DNA from: Cycas panzhihuaensis
Lineage: Eukaryota; Plantae; Cycadophyta
Direction: 5' to 3'
Length of the DNA: 64,000 nucleotides
Assembly: GCA_023213395.1 (NCBI GenBank)
Contig: CM041465.1
Span: 207,025,741-207,089,740 of the forward strand
Shown here piece by piece: positions 40,901-59,400 of the stretch (position 1 is its first letter; each line of letters starts with the position of its first letter). Under the pieces are notes generated by a model, which ran no database searches, had not been told where the DNA came from, and saw only the letters and a program-made list of their open reading frames with translations. The position numbers and the translations under genes were made by a program.

Positions 40901-42460
40901 CACCATGCTAAAAAGAATGGTTTATAAAAGAGCTAGATAATAATATCCAACTCATAGTCATCCATAATTTCCTAAAAATCTTAGAAGATCCCAAATAACC
41001 ATCCTTAGAGATTAAGTTAGATAACATACAATATGGACTAATATCACCTTCACATGAAGATAGTATCATCCTTGGTGTAAGGGGAGATAATGTTTCTCTT
41101 AATCCTAATCCCATTACACTTCTTTATATGGATCCTTAAACTTTTACAATGTATAAAAAGATTTAGAATAAAAATACATGCTTTAAAAATATATTAAAAG
41201 GAAAGGAAGCTCAACAACAAAATTGGCCTCTTATTATAGTGTTAAAAAGACTAAAGGATGAGATCTTAACCATAATTAATGTTGATGTACTTCATTATGA
41301 CTTATTTGATGAAAGTATGACTAAGTATAAGGACTTAATCTTTGGATCTCTTGAGTTTATTATTCAGACATCAACTTTATACTATCTACCTTCTTTCCTG
41401 GTTTGGATATGCCCAATTTTTCTAATTATGAAGACTTAGAATGCATATATGGAGGAGTAGTAGCTATCATATGAGCCTAAGCTACTAAAAATACCTAGGT
41501 ATCTAGTTAAGGAGGCTAAGGTGATGTCATTTCTAAGGCACTAATAAACACTCCTCCTTAGGATAGAAACTACAAGGGAAGTAGTACCAACAATTTTTAA
41601 AGGAGTCCTACCCAAAGGAACTTCTTAGCGAAATAAAGCCCTATTATTCTTTAAAGTGTTAATTTCTCCTCTAATAAGCCTTTTTAGGATCATGAAATAC
41701 TTAGCCCAATATCAAGCTAATATCACTCTCACTCAAATTTTTACCCTTTTAGACTAAAGCATGAAGATGCCAAATCTATTAAAGAATAAAGACTAGGTAT
41801 TCAAACCACTTATTGATAGAGTTCATGTCAAAATAACATCCATGGTTTAGAGTCTTCCCCCATAAACTTCATCTAATCTTGATATCTTCTATCTCTTATT
41901 TATGATTTTTAATAGATATGTCTTATACAACTACATAGTGAATTCTAGAGTAGTTTATAATCTATTACCCTATGTGATCATAAGATTATTAAATCTTAAA
42001 TGTGTGAAGTTAGTTTAAAATGTTCAAGGTTTTAATATAAATATTACCACTTCAATTAGAATAATTAAAGATATGGTTGTAAATATTATTACAAATTCTT
42101 GAGTGGTAGTTATTATTGATGTAATAATTTTCGATATGAAGCCTCTCTATAAAATGCCCTTGGGTAGGCAATGGATTGTTAAATCTATGGTAGTTCCTAA
42201 TATTTATATGTCCTACATCTTATTCCTAGTAGCTAAAGATTTAATTTAATTATTGATGGAAGATTGGGCAAGTAGACACATTGATCATCTTAGAGAAGAA
42301 GCATTATATTATCCATTTGAGAAAACTAAGTTAGGGACAAATATAGTCTTCTATGAGTGTCATGACTATGTTTTGACATTGGAAGAGGAAGCTTATTACT
42401 TACAAAGTAGTGATAATGATGATGTTCAGACATTGTACTTTGACAGAAAAAATATATAAA
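37980..42460 (+). mobile_element. Non-chromoviral Gypsy (Tat/Ogre/Athila-like) 5' fragment 'J': probable long LTR, PBS, gag, protease
   Basis: Degenerate PBS TGGAAACCATACTAGGGA (40112-40129) resembles TGGCGACTCTGCTGGGGA. An ~80-bp tandem duplication lies at ~38525-38690. Gag and protease remnants follow. LTR limits are uncertain. Confidence 0.6.
40560..42250 (+). pseudogene. gag: Gypsy gag and aspartic protease remnant (element J)
   Basis: VATKLFVHILEGKAYLYYQSLTNSSIYN*DNLMNAFEATYF (~40645-40770; Retrotrans_gag-like). FYLLFM..LYNYIVNSRVVYNLLP..YKMPLGRQWI (~41885-42180; protease-like). Confidence 0.78.
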
Positions 42461-42883
42461 ATATCACAATGTTATCTTTAATACCATGTTATAAATTTGA
42501 CTTACAACTCTAACACCATGATGTTAGGTGAATGAATGTAGAAGTAATAAATAAGCAAGATGCACTTAACTAAGATATGAAATAGATAAGGAGTTAAGTA
42601 AAAGATCAATCAATTGAGACATAATAGAGATGAAATGCATATAATCATAAAGCATAGCACATATGGAAGAATAGACAAACTTTATCTTATTCAAATAAAT
42701 AGGTACATATTTATAATACAACTCACCTCAAGTAGAGAACCCTTAAAGCTAACCTTTATGGGTTGTCACACATTCCAAATGACACATATAATTAGGTAAT
42801 TATAATATGAAATTGATAATAATATAAGAGTAAGAGTGGGATTTAGGATAATAATAGATATAATTATATATTATAATATAATA
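42461..42883 (-). mobile_element. LTR family F copy 2: PBS array and LTR (42519-42883)
   Basis: LTR is homologous to 8082-8444. PBS-like units end at 42466 (partial), 42486 and 42518. Confidence 0.78.
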
Positions 42884-43064
42884 TTAGAAATTAAGCTATT
42901 TTAGAGTTAGTGTCTTTGCCACATGTTGCCTTTATATTTTGTTGATCTACATTCTCTTTGGATACCTATTCCTTGTGTCCACTTATCATTTATATTCCTC
43001 TAGTATTTATCGTACCAACTTTGGATACATATGCACACACATGCATACACATACATATGTATAT

Positions 43065-43485
43065 ATGATGAGCCACAAATATAGGCTTGATCACCTTAGA
43101 AATGTAGTAAATTTTCTACTACTACTACTACTAATAATAATAATAAAAGTCTAAAATAAAGCCCCCTAAAAGATATCATTAAACTATCAAAATTTTAGAG
43201 ATACACACACATACATATATATTCTTTAAACCCATGTGGGAGTTTTGACAATATTTCAAAACATATTTATTCTTTAACATCTAACACAACAAAGAACTTT
43301 TCATTTTTATACTAATTGTAGTAAGAGATAGTCTCTCTAAATTTTTTATAGTTTAATGATATCTTTAGGGGGGCTTTATTTTGGGTTTTTTTTTATCATC
43401 ATCATCTTCATTATTATTATTATTATTATTATAGTAAATTTACTACATTTCTAAGGTGATTAAGCATATATTTATGGCTCATCAT
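43065..43485. repeat. Long inverted repeat / fold-back (MITE-like), arms ~140-150 bp
   Basis: 43065-43203 (ATGATGAGCCACAAATAT..CACCTTAGAAATGTAGTAAAT..AAATAAAGCCCCCTAAAAGATATCATTAAACTAT) is the reverse complement of ~43335-43485. Confidence 0.85.
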
Positions 43486-43489
43486 CATA

Positions 43490-44008
43490 ATCTTCTTCTT
43501 TTCAAATAGCAACTTTAATAAAATATTTTTATGACCTTAATAAGAACCTACATATATTATAATTTTGGATGCACATGCAACAAATACATAGGTCACTTAT
43601 AAAACATTTTTCTTTAACATGATCTCCTTATTTTTTCTCAAAAGTAGTCTTAAATGTCCCATAAAATGACTCAAAAAAATTACAATAAGATAGCCCTAAA
43701 AGCATGCATTTATAATACTTCGAAATAACTCACAAATAATTTCAATATAAGCCCTAAAAATATGCCATCAATTTGTCTAAATAAAAAGAAAAAAAGGCTT
43801 TAAAAATATCCTTCCAAAGGATTAAATCTTGGCCTTTGATATCATAATGTTGGCTTTCATACCATATTGGAAATTTGATATGCAACTCTAATACCACAAT
43901 ATTAGCTCTCATATCATGTTAGAAATTTGGCATGCAACTATGGAACCATGATGTTAAGTGAATGAATACAGGAGTAAAAGATAGGTAAGATGGACCCAAT
44001 TAGGACAT
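43490..44008 (-). mobile_element. LTR family F copy 3: leader, five-PBS array and LTR start (LTR continues at 56328-56403)
   Basis: LTR begins at 43949 (TGATGTTAAGTGAATG), is split by element G (TSD GACAT) and resumes as GGAATAGATAAGG at 56328, collinear with copy 2. Confidence 0.8.
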
Positions 44009-44359
44009 TGATATAGTTCCTTTTAGTATTTCTTTGCACCTAAATAGAAAATAGAACACAAAAAAAAGAGCACAAATGAATACTAAAATTAACACTAAAA
44101 GATCACACCAAAGGGTGACAACAATTTTACATTAAAGGCTAATCCTCTTTTATATCCATAGGGCCTTAAATTAGCAAATTGTTCATTTAGAAAATGGATC
44201 TCATTGGAGAGATATTTAGATTTCGTTTCCATTGGTGGCCCTAAGTAGTTCATGTATATATTTTAATAAACAACATTAACATCTACTTCTTACTAACAAG
44301 AAGTACATTCATAAGAGTTTCACCAACCACTAGCCTAAGACAATGAGTCCCCACAGTGT

Positions 44360-47300
44360 AAGAGATGTGGATGTTACTTGATGAATTCATCTAGCTCTTA
44401 TGTCACTTCCTTAGGTCCATTACTAGTCTGTTATACTAGATGTTCAAAAATGATCCTATTCTAGAGATAGAGGTGTCTAGTTTCCAAAACATAGTTTGGG
44501 GGAATAATTAAGAGTTTTTCTTTAGTGAGAATTGGAATAGTGGTATGTGGGATAATATACTTTCCAAGGAGATTTTTAAGGCATGACACATGGAGGACAT
44601 TATGTATCTTAGTATAAGAAGAAAGGATAAGGGCATAAGCAAATTCAACAATGTGTTGGTTGACCTTATAGGGACCATAATATTACTGATTAAGTTTATG
44701 GTTTTTGCTATGGTAGAGTGATTACTACTTATAGGGTTGGATTCAAACAAAGAACATACCATCAATAATAAAGTATTGATTAGAGTAGTGATGGTCAGAA
44801 AGTTGCTTCATATAATTATGAACCATTACTAGGTTTTATTTGAGACTATTTAGGATTTTATCCATGTCTTATAATTTTTGTTGTATTGAGGTTATTTGCA
44901 AGTTAGTGGCCAATGTATGATGGGAAGGTAGGGGATAACTATATAGGACCATAAAGGGGGCATGCCAATTATGGAGTGATGTGATGAGTTATACCAATAT
45001 TCTACTAGACCTAAGTAAGAGGTCCATCAATTTTAGTATTCAAAGGCGAAACAATAGAGATATATCTCTAAAGTTCTATTAAGGACCTCAAATTAAAAAT
45101 TGGTTTAGGGATGATAAGAGGAACTCATGTTGAATGAGGTGCCAACTACATGGAAGAGTTCTTGCAAAATAGAAGACATGAATTTAGGGTCTTGATCTAA
45201 AACTATCATGGATAGAAATTTATGGAGGTAAAACATAAATTGGATATATAGCTTAGCTAAGTAAGAGGCTTGGTAGGATGTGTAGACTAGTAAAAAGTGT
45301 ATATGTTTTGTTAATCAATCAATGACTGCCTAAATAGAGTCATTTCAAACAAATGATGGAAGGCCTATGATTGGAGCTTCAAAAGGTAATCCTAGTGAGG
45401 CTAGAGGTGGAGGAGTCTACAGAGATAAAGATGGCAAGATTATATGGGCTTTTGCTAAATATTATAGTATCTAGATAAACCACAAGGAAAAGCTTGAGAC
45501 GATGCATAGAGTGATGGGTCTTGTCTACAGAGAGGGTTACTTGAGAGTTATAATGGAAGGTGATTCTATGAATGTGGTTAGGTTGATCAGAAGGGAAGTA
45601 GAGCTAGAGTGGAAGCATTTTACTGTAGTTAATGACATGAAGATGTCACTTCAAAGTAAGGATGTTCAAGTGAGTCATATTTATAGGGAAGGGAATAAGG
45701 TCGCAGATAGGTTGGCTAAGTGGGGTGTTCACTCTAGAGCTTTAAAGGTTTGGAAGGAAGACTTTGCTGAAGAGATAGTGTGTTAGGCCAGAAAGGATAT
45801 GGAAGGTTTTATTGCAATGTGGGTTATCTTGGTTGTTTTATTAGCTAAGTCATGGGCTTGTCACAGCCAATTTAATATGCCTTATTGGCAGATGGATGTA
45901 TAAGGGTTGGGGTCCCCTTTTAACCCCCATTTATTTAAACAAAATAAAAAAAATATATGGAAGGCCTATGATGAAATCCATGGCAATATCTTGTTATTTA
46001 CCATGTAGAATTTGAAGGGGTTAAAGGATCCCATGCTGAGCCTTCATGATTGCTTTATTGCATTATCAAACATCAAATTCTATTATGAAGGCCAAAATGG
46101 ATGATTTCATTTGAGGCCAATAGAAGTTAGATCAAATGCATCCATAGATTTTATTAAAATTTGAGTGAGCTACTAAAAGGGTAATATGGTACTTAGTTAA
46201 AATATAAAGAATGAAAGGAGATGATAAATAGATAAAGATTCAATTTTTGTAGAGAATATGGGTGTTGTGTAAAGTCTGATTCTTTTGATATTGAACGTTT
46301 TAGGACCACTTAACAAAATTTGGTTAGGATTGATTATCTTCTAGTAATTCTTATAACCATATTGGTTAGAGGGTAGAGATGGCTTATAATATAGGCTTAG
46401 ATGGTTTTAAAGGTAGGTAGGAGAGGGAATTAACTATAACATTTTTTTTCTCCTTTTTATAAGATATGGTAAAGTTGAACACATGTAGGTAATCAACCCA
46501 CTTGACTTGTTCTTTAAAAAGTACTAGTTAATCGAGGAGGTGGCAAAGACTATGGCCATTAGTTAAGATAGTAAATTTGGATCTAAGTAAATACTGACTC
46601 CATTTATCAATTGCATGGATGATGGCCTTCATCTCTTTTTGGTGTGCTAAATGTTAACATTTATGATCTTTAGGTTTTTAACTTTCAAAGGTAATTATAT
46701 AGAAACTTTGCTTGAGGATAACTCCTAAGCCTACTCCCAAGGGATTGTATTTCAGTTGGAATGGTTATGAAAAGTTTAGGATGGTTAATACTAGAGTGGC
46801 GGACATAAGTAATTTTAGGTAGTTGAATGAATCCTTAGCATTAAAGGACCACTAAAAGGAGTTCTTGCAAGTAAATTAGTTAGGGGGGTATTAATGGAAG
46901 CATATTTTTTTATGAATTAATGATAAAAATCTAGGAGTCCAAGGAAGGCTCAGAATTATGTTGGGTTCTTTGGGGTGGGCCATGTGGTGATGACTAAAAT
47001 TTTATCAGGGTCTACTTAGACTCCTATGGTAGACTTTAGTAGACTTTGTATTGGGAGAGAATTAGAAGGGCAATTTCTAAATATTGTAAATGATCAAATA
47101 TACGAGAACTATAGATAAGGATATTAGTAAAGAAGACAATGATAAACTTGTGAAGGTAGCGCTCAAAGATCTTATTCATTAGACCTTGAAATATGGTTGG
47201 GGCATTGCATAGCTTAATGGCATAACCTAAAATTTAAAATGCCTATGGTGTATTTGGAAAGCAATTTTATGGTGATCATTTATGGTGATAGGGATTTGAT

Positions 47301-49400
47301 AATACCTTTATTATAGGCCTAATTTTAAAAAAATGGTTGCCTTATAAATTTCATATAATATATTATTGATTCAAGGAGTAGGGAATTTGCTTTTAATAAT
47401 TAGCTTATTAAGCTTCTGATAATTAGCACAGAGTTGAAATAAATAATCTTTTTATCTTAATAAGCATAATGAAGGCTACATAAGGGATTTTACTAAGTTA
47501 TATTATCCCTATATCCATGAGATCCATTGTGATCCATTCAATTTAATTTTCTTGAAAGTAGGACTTGTAATAGGCTTATAGGCTAATGGGGCTATGAGGA
47601 TTTGAATGTTTAATGATATGGTAGAAGCCTCAGTCAAGGAGGGGTTACTTTGAAGTGGGTTAAAAATAGAATGATACTTAGTGAGTATGGTTTAGATGTC
47701 AAGGTAAATATTTGCTTGAGGCTAAATATTATTGAGACAGACTATGTATCTGACATTATTATTCAGCTATTTGCTCATTTGCTTTGAGGATAAGAGTTTA
47801 TTAGGAGGCATTTGAAGCTTATGTAGTTTGTGTATTTGTCAAAAGTGGTCTTTATGTAGAATGAATGTGTTAGTAGGGGAATTATTAGTGTTATAAGTAC
47901 CAGGGATTTAGAGCCATTAAACTCCTAGGATGGCATCCAATCCTCCTATAGAAAGGGCATAAAAATTAGAATCCAATTAGTATATACCAATTTGGATATG
48001 GAGATTTTTAATGAGACCTACATAATAGAGTTTATAGTATCCCAGTAGGAAGTAAGTGAAACCAAAATTTGGCACTATATATAAGTTCAGTTGTCTAGCC
48101 AGGGAGATGTCGTTGAAGTTGAGCAATGTTCTAATATTAATTAGGATGGTGATAGGAGTCTTCTTTAAGGTGCCTTTGATTTGGAGAGGTTTGGGGTAGG
48201 AATTAGGGGAGATGGTAAAGGATATAATAGAAAGGAAAACTTTAAGTTCTAGCATGTGGTCAATGGGGGGTTCTTTGGTTAGGTCTTTCTCAGGTTCATT
48301 ATTTGTATCAAGATCTTCATCAGCTAATGTTGTAGGATTAATGGTGAAGACTATATATTTTGCTTTATAGACTCTACCATGTTTGATAGTCTATCATTTT
48401 GCACATTAGATGTAAAGGCTAGATTCTTATTATTATTGGCTTTGTTAAGGATTACTCGCTCATATCTTATGGCTTGTTCTATTATCGGTCTTTCTATTAT
48501 GGTGTGTTCTATTATAGGATAATCCTCCTATTAAGGTCATGGTTGTTGTGCATCTACTGGTCAAGAGCAATGGTACTATGGTGTATCCCAAAGAGAGATG
48601 AATATATATTTTGTTGTGAATTCTACTTCAACTACTTTGGCCATGGTTGTGGCCCATCTCAAAGTATTCAATAAGGATATTTTTAGATGCATATGGATGT
48701 ATTCTTTGAGTCTAACTACATATATTTCAACTAAGATTAATTGATCTACTTGCATATTAAACCTATTTTATAGAGATTAGAACTTATTTATGAAAGCTTC
48801 TACTATTGAGGACTATCTTAGTAGAGTGAGTTAGTTAATGAATGTTTGGTTCTATGTGTCCTCATATTGTTTAAAGAAGATTTTATAAAACTAATCTTAA
48901 TATTAGTTCGTAGGGTACTCCTTTTGCAACTACTAAAACCATTAATGAGCCTTTATATTTGGATGGATAGATGTGAAGGCAAGTTGGTCATTAATCAACA
49001 TAGGATGAAGTTGGAAATATAAGTCTAGTTTATTAATCTATTTCCTCACATTATCTTTATTTAGATCTAGATCAAAGATAGGAATATTGATCTTATGATA
49101 GAAGGGTTGTTATAATTGATGACTTTGGAATAGAGGAGGTAGTGCTATGTGCTATTAGTTGGATGGCCCTATTGGATTTGAGGTATTACCTTAGTTGATT
49201 ATTTACTAAAGTAGCTTTGAAAAGTTTTCAAGGTTAGTTTTGATGCTTACAAAATCACTTTTGATGGCTACAAATGCTTTTTGATGTTGGTCATTGATAT
49301 TGGTAATATCTTCTCATATGGTAGTGAACTCTTCCTTGATATATGTGATATTATTTTTTATCATCTAGATTTTATCTTCTTAGTTAAGTACCGTTGATAA
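44360..49400 (-). pseudogene. pol: Element G gag-PR-RT-RH-INT-chromodomain remnant
   Basis: Protease ORF 47977-48255 (PLQIKGTLKKTPITILIN). The rc gives RYYQIPI..KIAFQ (~47240-47300), FIIVFFTNILIYS (~47105-47147), QDIAMDFII|GLP (split by the L1), LFHVVGTSFNMSSSYHP (~45110-45160) and chromodomain EHLV*..PKEVT*E (~44390-44446). Confidence 0.88.
45372..45956 (+). mobile_element. 5'-truncated L1-type LINE (RNase H domain, 3' UTR, A-rich tail)
   Basis: GASKGNPSEARGGGVYRD..IMEGDSMNVV..SHIYREGNKVADRLAKWG. A-tail at ~45937-45953. 16-bp TSD ATGGAAGGCCTATGAT at 45356-45371 and 45957-45972. Confidence 0.93.
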
Positions 49401-49578
49401 CTATTGTTACAAGCTATCATAAGAGAATGAGATTATTCAAAGTGGGATGAGATAGGAGAAGAGGTTTTCACAAAGTAGGATTACAAAGAAAGAATGGAGC
49501 ATTGAAGTAGGGATATATAGAAAGAAAGGAATTTAAAGAGGTTTGAAGGTTAGTGAAGGAATGAGAAGGGATCAATGG

Positions 49579-54737
<5,159 letters not shown>

Positions 54738-56403
54738 GAGGGGGAGGGGAGTGTCTATAGCTTGTTGAGCTCAAAAGTATAATGGATTCACCTAATATAC
54801 CAAAACAAGTGCAAGAAGCTCATAAAGATGGGGTTAGTATGTTTTAACTAAAATTTTTAGGTGGTAGAGCCTATAGGGTGCCTATATATCATTGTACCAA
54901 AAAATCTTGAGTTAAAACTACCCTCGTAGAAAATGAATAGCATAATGCATTGATCAAAATAATACATATAAGTCACTAAGGGTAATTTTGAGCCATGGAT
55001 ATTTTTTTATTTTTCTTTAAAAATTTTAAACTCAAGTCTAACTACACCAATTATTTCTAAATTTGAGAAGTATTTTGATAATTAGAATTCCTTGTAGATT
55101 AGGAGATGACTTTTTTTTTAAATCTAATCATTTGTAGTTTTTTTTTTTTTGTGGGCTAGAAATATTATTAATAGGCAATTACTTATACAATTATGTTTAG
55201 CACATATGAAGATGTTAATTAAAGGTCTATTATCTTATGTCTTTAGATCTTAAGTGGAAAGTAGAACATTCTAAGTAGGATGTTAGTAGTAACAAGGTAT
55301 CTTACTAATCACTAGATAAGGTATACTTGGTCTTGTAGGTTTATCAATAAACATCTTATGTAGAAGTTTGAGATAGGTAGCTCAGTGGCACTAACTACTA
55401 ATCACTATACTATAGGGCTTCGACAACCTATAATTTTCCTATGCTAGTAAGAATTTGGGACATAGAGGGGTCCTCTTATATACCCAAAGGTATATGGAGG
55501 CTTAATTTCATAGCCAAGTATGAAGGGGGTGGAAAATCCATATTACACTTAGAATAGATCCCTATTATTTTTATAGACTCCTAGTATAAAGTCTCTACCT
55601 AGATACTTTAGGTAACCACCATGTAGAGTTATCTACCTGGGAATGAGGAGTAGAAGGGGAAAGGATAGCCACCAAGTAAATATATCTACCATTAGATTAA
55701 TGACACAAGTACTGTATTAAAATAAAATTGAACTAAATTGAATCAAATTCAAAGGAAAGGTGTTGAGCATTACCAAGGGGGGAAATTTTCCTTTTTTTAT
55801 GACTCCTAAATACCTCTAGTTCTATTTCTCAGTCTCCTTGTGGAGAGAGTACTGAGAGAAGGTCTTTCCTTGATCTCTACTTATGGAAAAGGGATACTTA
55901 ATCTAGTTGGGAAAAAAACTTCCCTGATTTTCACCTATTATGTAGCTCCCCTTAGTTATGTAGCCAAGCTTTGATACCACTTGATATGGTTACTCCTAGT
56001 ATTTTATCACATCTAAATAAAAAATTAAAAATAAGACACAAAAAATGAGAATAAATAAACACTAAATTGAACATCAAAAGATTACACTAAAGGGCAATAG
56101 CAATTTCACATTTAAAATTAATCTTATTTTATATCCATAGAGTTTTAAATAGGCAAGTTATTTGTTTAGTAAATAAATCTTATTGGAAAGACATTTAGTC
56201 TTTGTTTCCATTAGTGACCCTAAGTAGCCCACACATAGATTTTAATGGACAACATTAATATTTTCTTCTTACTAATGAGTACATTCATATGAGTTCTGCC
56301 AACCACTAGTGATTATATAACAGACATGGAATAGATAAGGGAGTGAGTGAAAGATTAATTAATTGAAATATAATATAGATGATATATATATACACATGAA
56401 GTA

Positions 56404-59400
56404 TGTTATATAGTTGCCTCTAATAGTAGGACTTGGCTACTAGTACATGAGACCAAGGGACTTGATTGTTAATGCTAGCTATTAATATTTATGTATGGGT
56501 CACTTGCTTCCATTATTAGAATGTATGCCACTAACACCTATTAATGGAAATTCATAAGGAAATCATTTGTTTTCTTTATAAGGCCTCATCAAATATAGAG
56601 GGATTATTTATTGTGTATTGAATATCTTATTTGTAGCATACTATAGTATTACTTTGGTATCCTTTTGATGCTCTTTAAGTATGTAATAAACTATTTTTTA
56701 TCAATAAAGATTGATTTTCTATATTATTATTCAAGTCATTATGCCCTTTAAGTTATTTTAGTCAATTACATATATGGAAACTAGGGTATACCTGCTCTAA
56801 GTGGCATCAGAGCTTAACTCAAAGGACCGTTCTATAGTAGCAAGGAAATAATAGAGCAAACATAAAGACAAAATCAAGGTAAAAGAAGTGGAAATTTAGG
56901 TAGTTTAGTAGGATTTTTTTCCACCTTTAGTAATATTTATAACTCTTTCCTTTTTACAAATTTCTTACTTCCTATCATAAGATATTTTTCTATATTTTGT
57001 ACGTAGTGGTCTAGGTAAACACCCTATTTTAGGGGTTTTAAAATATCCATAAGAGAGTTATTGTTATTAGCTAGTCATACTTTGGGATCAGCTAGCACAT
57101 GAAGTGAGGTAATCTATTTACTAATACTCAAGCTTTAAGCAGTGCCTATATATAAAATTGAGTCTCTTTATACCTTCAGGTATATAAGAAGACCCTTGTC
57201 TTTTTTCTTTTCTTTGAAGCCTAGAATATGTAAATAGTTATTCGTCTTCCACCTATAGTACATTAGTTAGTAGTTAGTTCTAAGAAGACACTCTTCACAA
57301 ATACCTTAGACATGGATAATACATCTATACGTATGTTAACCCTTTATAATTAGTACCTTGAGATATTGGCCTATTGTTCTTGACAATTAAGAAGTTTATA
57401 GGAGAGCCTATAGATTAGGCATTCCTTGAGTCAAACATTTATCTAGAAATTAGTTGTTCAAACTCTAGTTTAGGCCTGTAATAACTACTAAAATTGTTCT
57501 TCATTGACATACTATTATCAAAACCCTTACCAATAAATTTTACAATCAAAACCCCCATCAATAGAATATAAATTAAGAAAAAAAAAAAAAGAAAAAACTG
57601 GAGACTATAGGCTCATCTCTCTAAATAGTCACTTCTATAAATATCAATTTATTGTAAAGGAAAGCTTTACCAATGTAATGTATATAAAAGGAAAGAAATA
57701 AAAGTTCAAAAAGTTTAAATTTATCCTTATTTTTCATTTACATCATTTTAATAAGAGCATTATGCTATTTATTTTACATTAGGTTAGTTTTAATCACCAT
57801 ATTCAGGGAAAAATAACATATATATACCCCTTGGTCCCCATGACTAAATTTTAGTATATAATCTTACCTACCTCATCTTGATGAATATATAATTTTTGTC
57901 TTACTAAACTAAGTGAGACTATTACATAATTTTAGGGGAAAATAGTCTATAAACAACCTATATAGTTTTTGTAATTAAGGGGTTAATAGGATATAGATAT
58001 ACCCCCACTCCTCTTATCCTTCTACATTATTCCCTAACTCTTTAGGATTGTTCTTTCTATCTATTTCCTTTTTTCTTCAAAACCCCTTCTTCTTACCTTG
58101 TCCCTCCTCCTCGAATATGTTTCTATTAACTCATCTTAATAACTAATATCTACTTACTCCTACTCAAGTAGATCAAATTTCAACATTAGAAACCCAATAC
58201 AACTCCTTAACTAGTAATATCATAAAACTCTCAGATGGCATTGCAAAGATTTCCATGTAAATATCTAATATGTCCTCTTCCCTTAATTTAACTAGTAGCT
58301 CTCCACCACCTCCACCTCTCCCACACATGCACCTCCCATGTCAACAACCACTATACCACAAAATAAACAATCCTAACATTTAACTTAAACCTTAATAAGG
58401 ACACCACATAAAGTTGGATCAATAAGTTAAAGTCACACTTCTCTCTCATGCCCATGTCATTAGATGAAAAATCAACATTTGCTTTCATACACCTTGAAGG
58501 CAAAGTACACCACTAGTTTGGTTGGTCTAAACATGCAAATCCCACCAAACAAACATAGAACTTGTTTTGTAAATGTTTTTTCAAATAGTATGATGACATG
58601 TGAAATCAAGTTGTCTTTACTAAACTTACCTATCTTAAATAGATAACTTCAATTAAAGCATATATTAAAGAGTTTCATGCCCTATAGAACCAAGTCTCTT
58701 AAACCCTTGATCAATGTATAATCATTGATTTATATGTATCTAGCCTTAAGAACCACATCCAAATGTGCCTTAAGGTGGTTTGTCTAATGACTCTCAAAGA
58801 AGACATATCCATGGAAACATAAGTTAAAGTAGAGTTCTTGGAAAAACTACCAACTATTTTCTATTGAGATCCTACCTAGTATTAATGCCTTAATCTTATG
58901 AATCAAAATTATCAAAGTTAATACATAGATGATTTATAACACCTAAAAACAAAACATCCTTTAGAGTATACACCCATAGTAGAAGTAAACAACTATTGAG
59001 AGGCTAATATATACATCAAGTACATAGAGAAGTGGACATTTAATCATGGAAAGGCATGCAAAGCTAAGAGAATGGCCTTTACAATTGATCCTAACCTCCT
59101 TATACTAAAAGATTTAAACTATAGGCATGAGCCAAGTGATGACCCCCACTCTTAAGAATTCTTCCTTAACCCTAAACCAAATGTATCTTTGGTAACTTTT
59201 TCCTCTATGTCTTACCTTAAACCCCTTAGATTCAAAGGTACACTTTAAAAAATCCCCATTACTATCCTAATTAAATATCATGTATAACTCAACTTCATTG
59301 ATATATCATTAGCCAAATAAATTAACCTATATAATGTCACTAAAGCTAGATTCACCTACTCCTTACTAGGATACTATATACTTTAATATGTAAGAAATCT

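Noticed and set aside
43833-43948. CRISPR array
   Set aside because: The repeats are 12-nt tRNA PBS copies, the spacers recur and are 8 or 20 nt, there are no cas genes, and the context is eukaryotic TE sequence.
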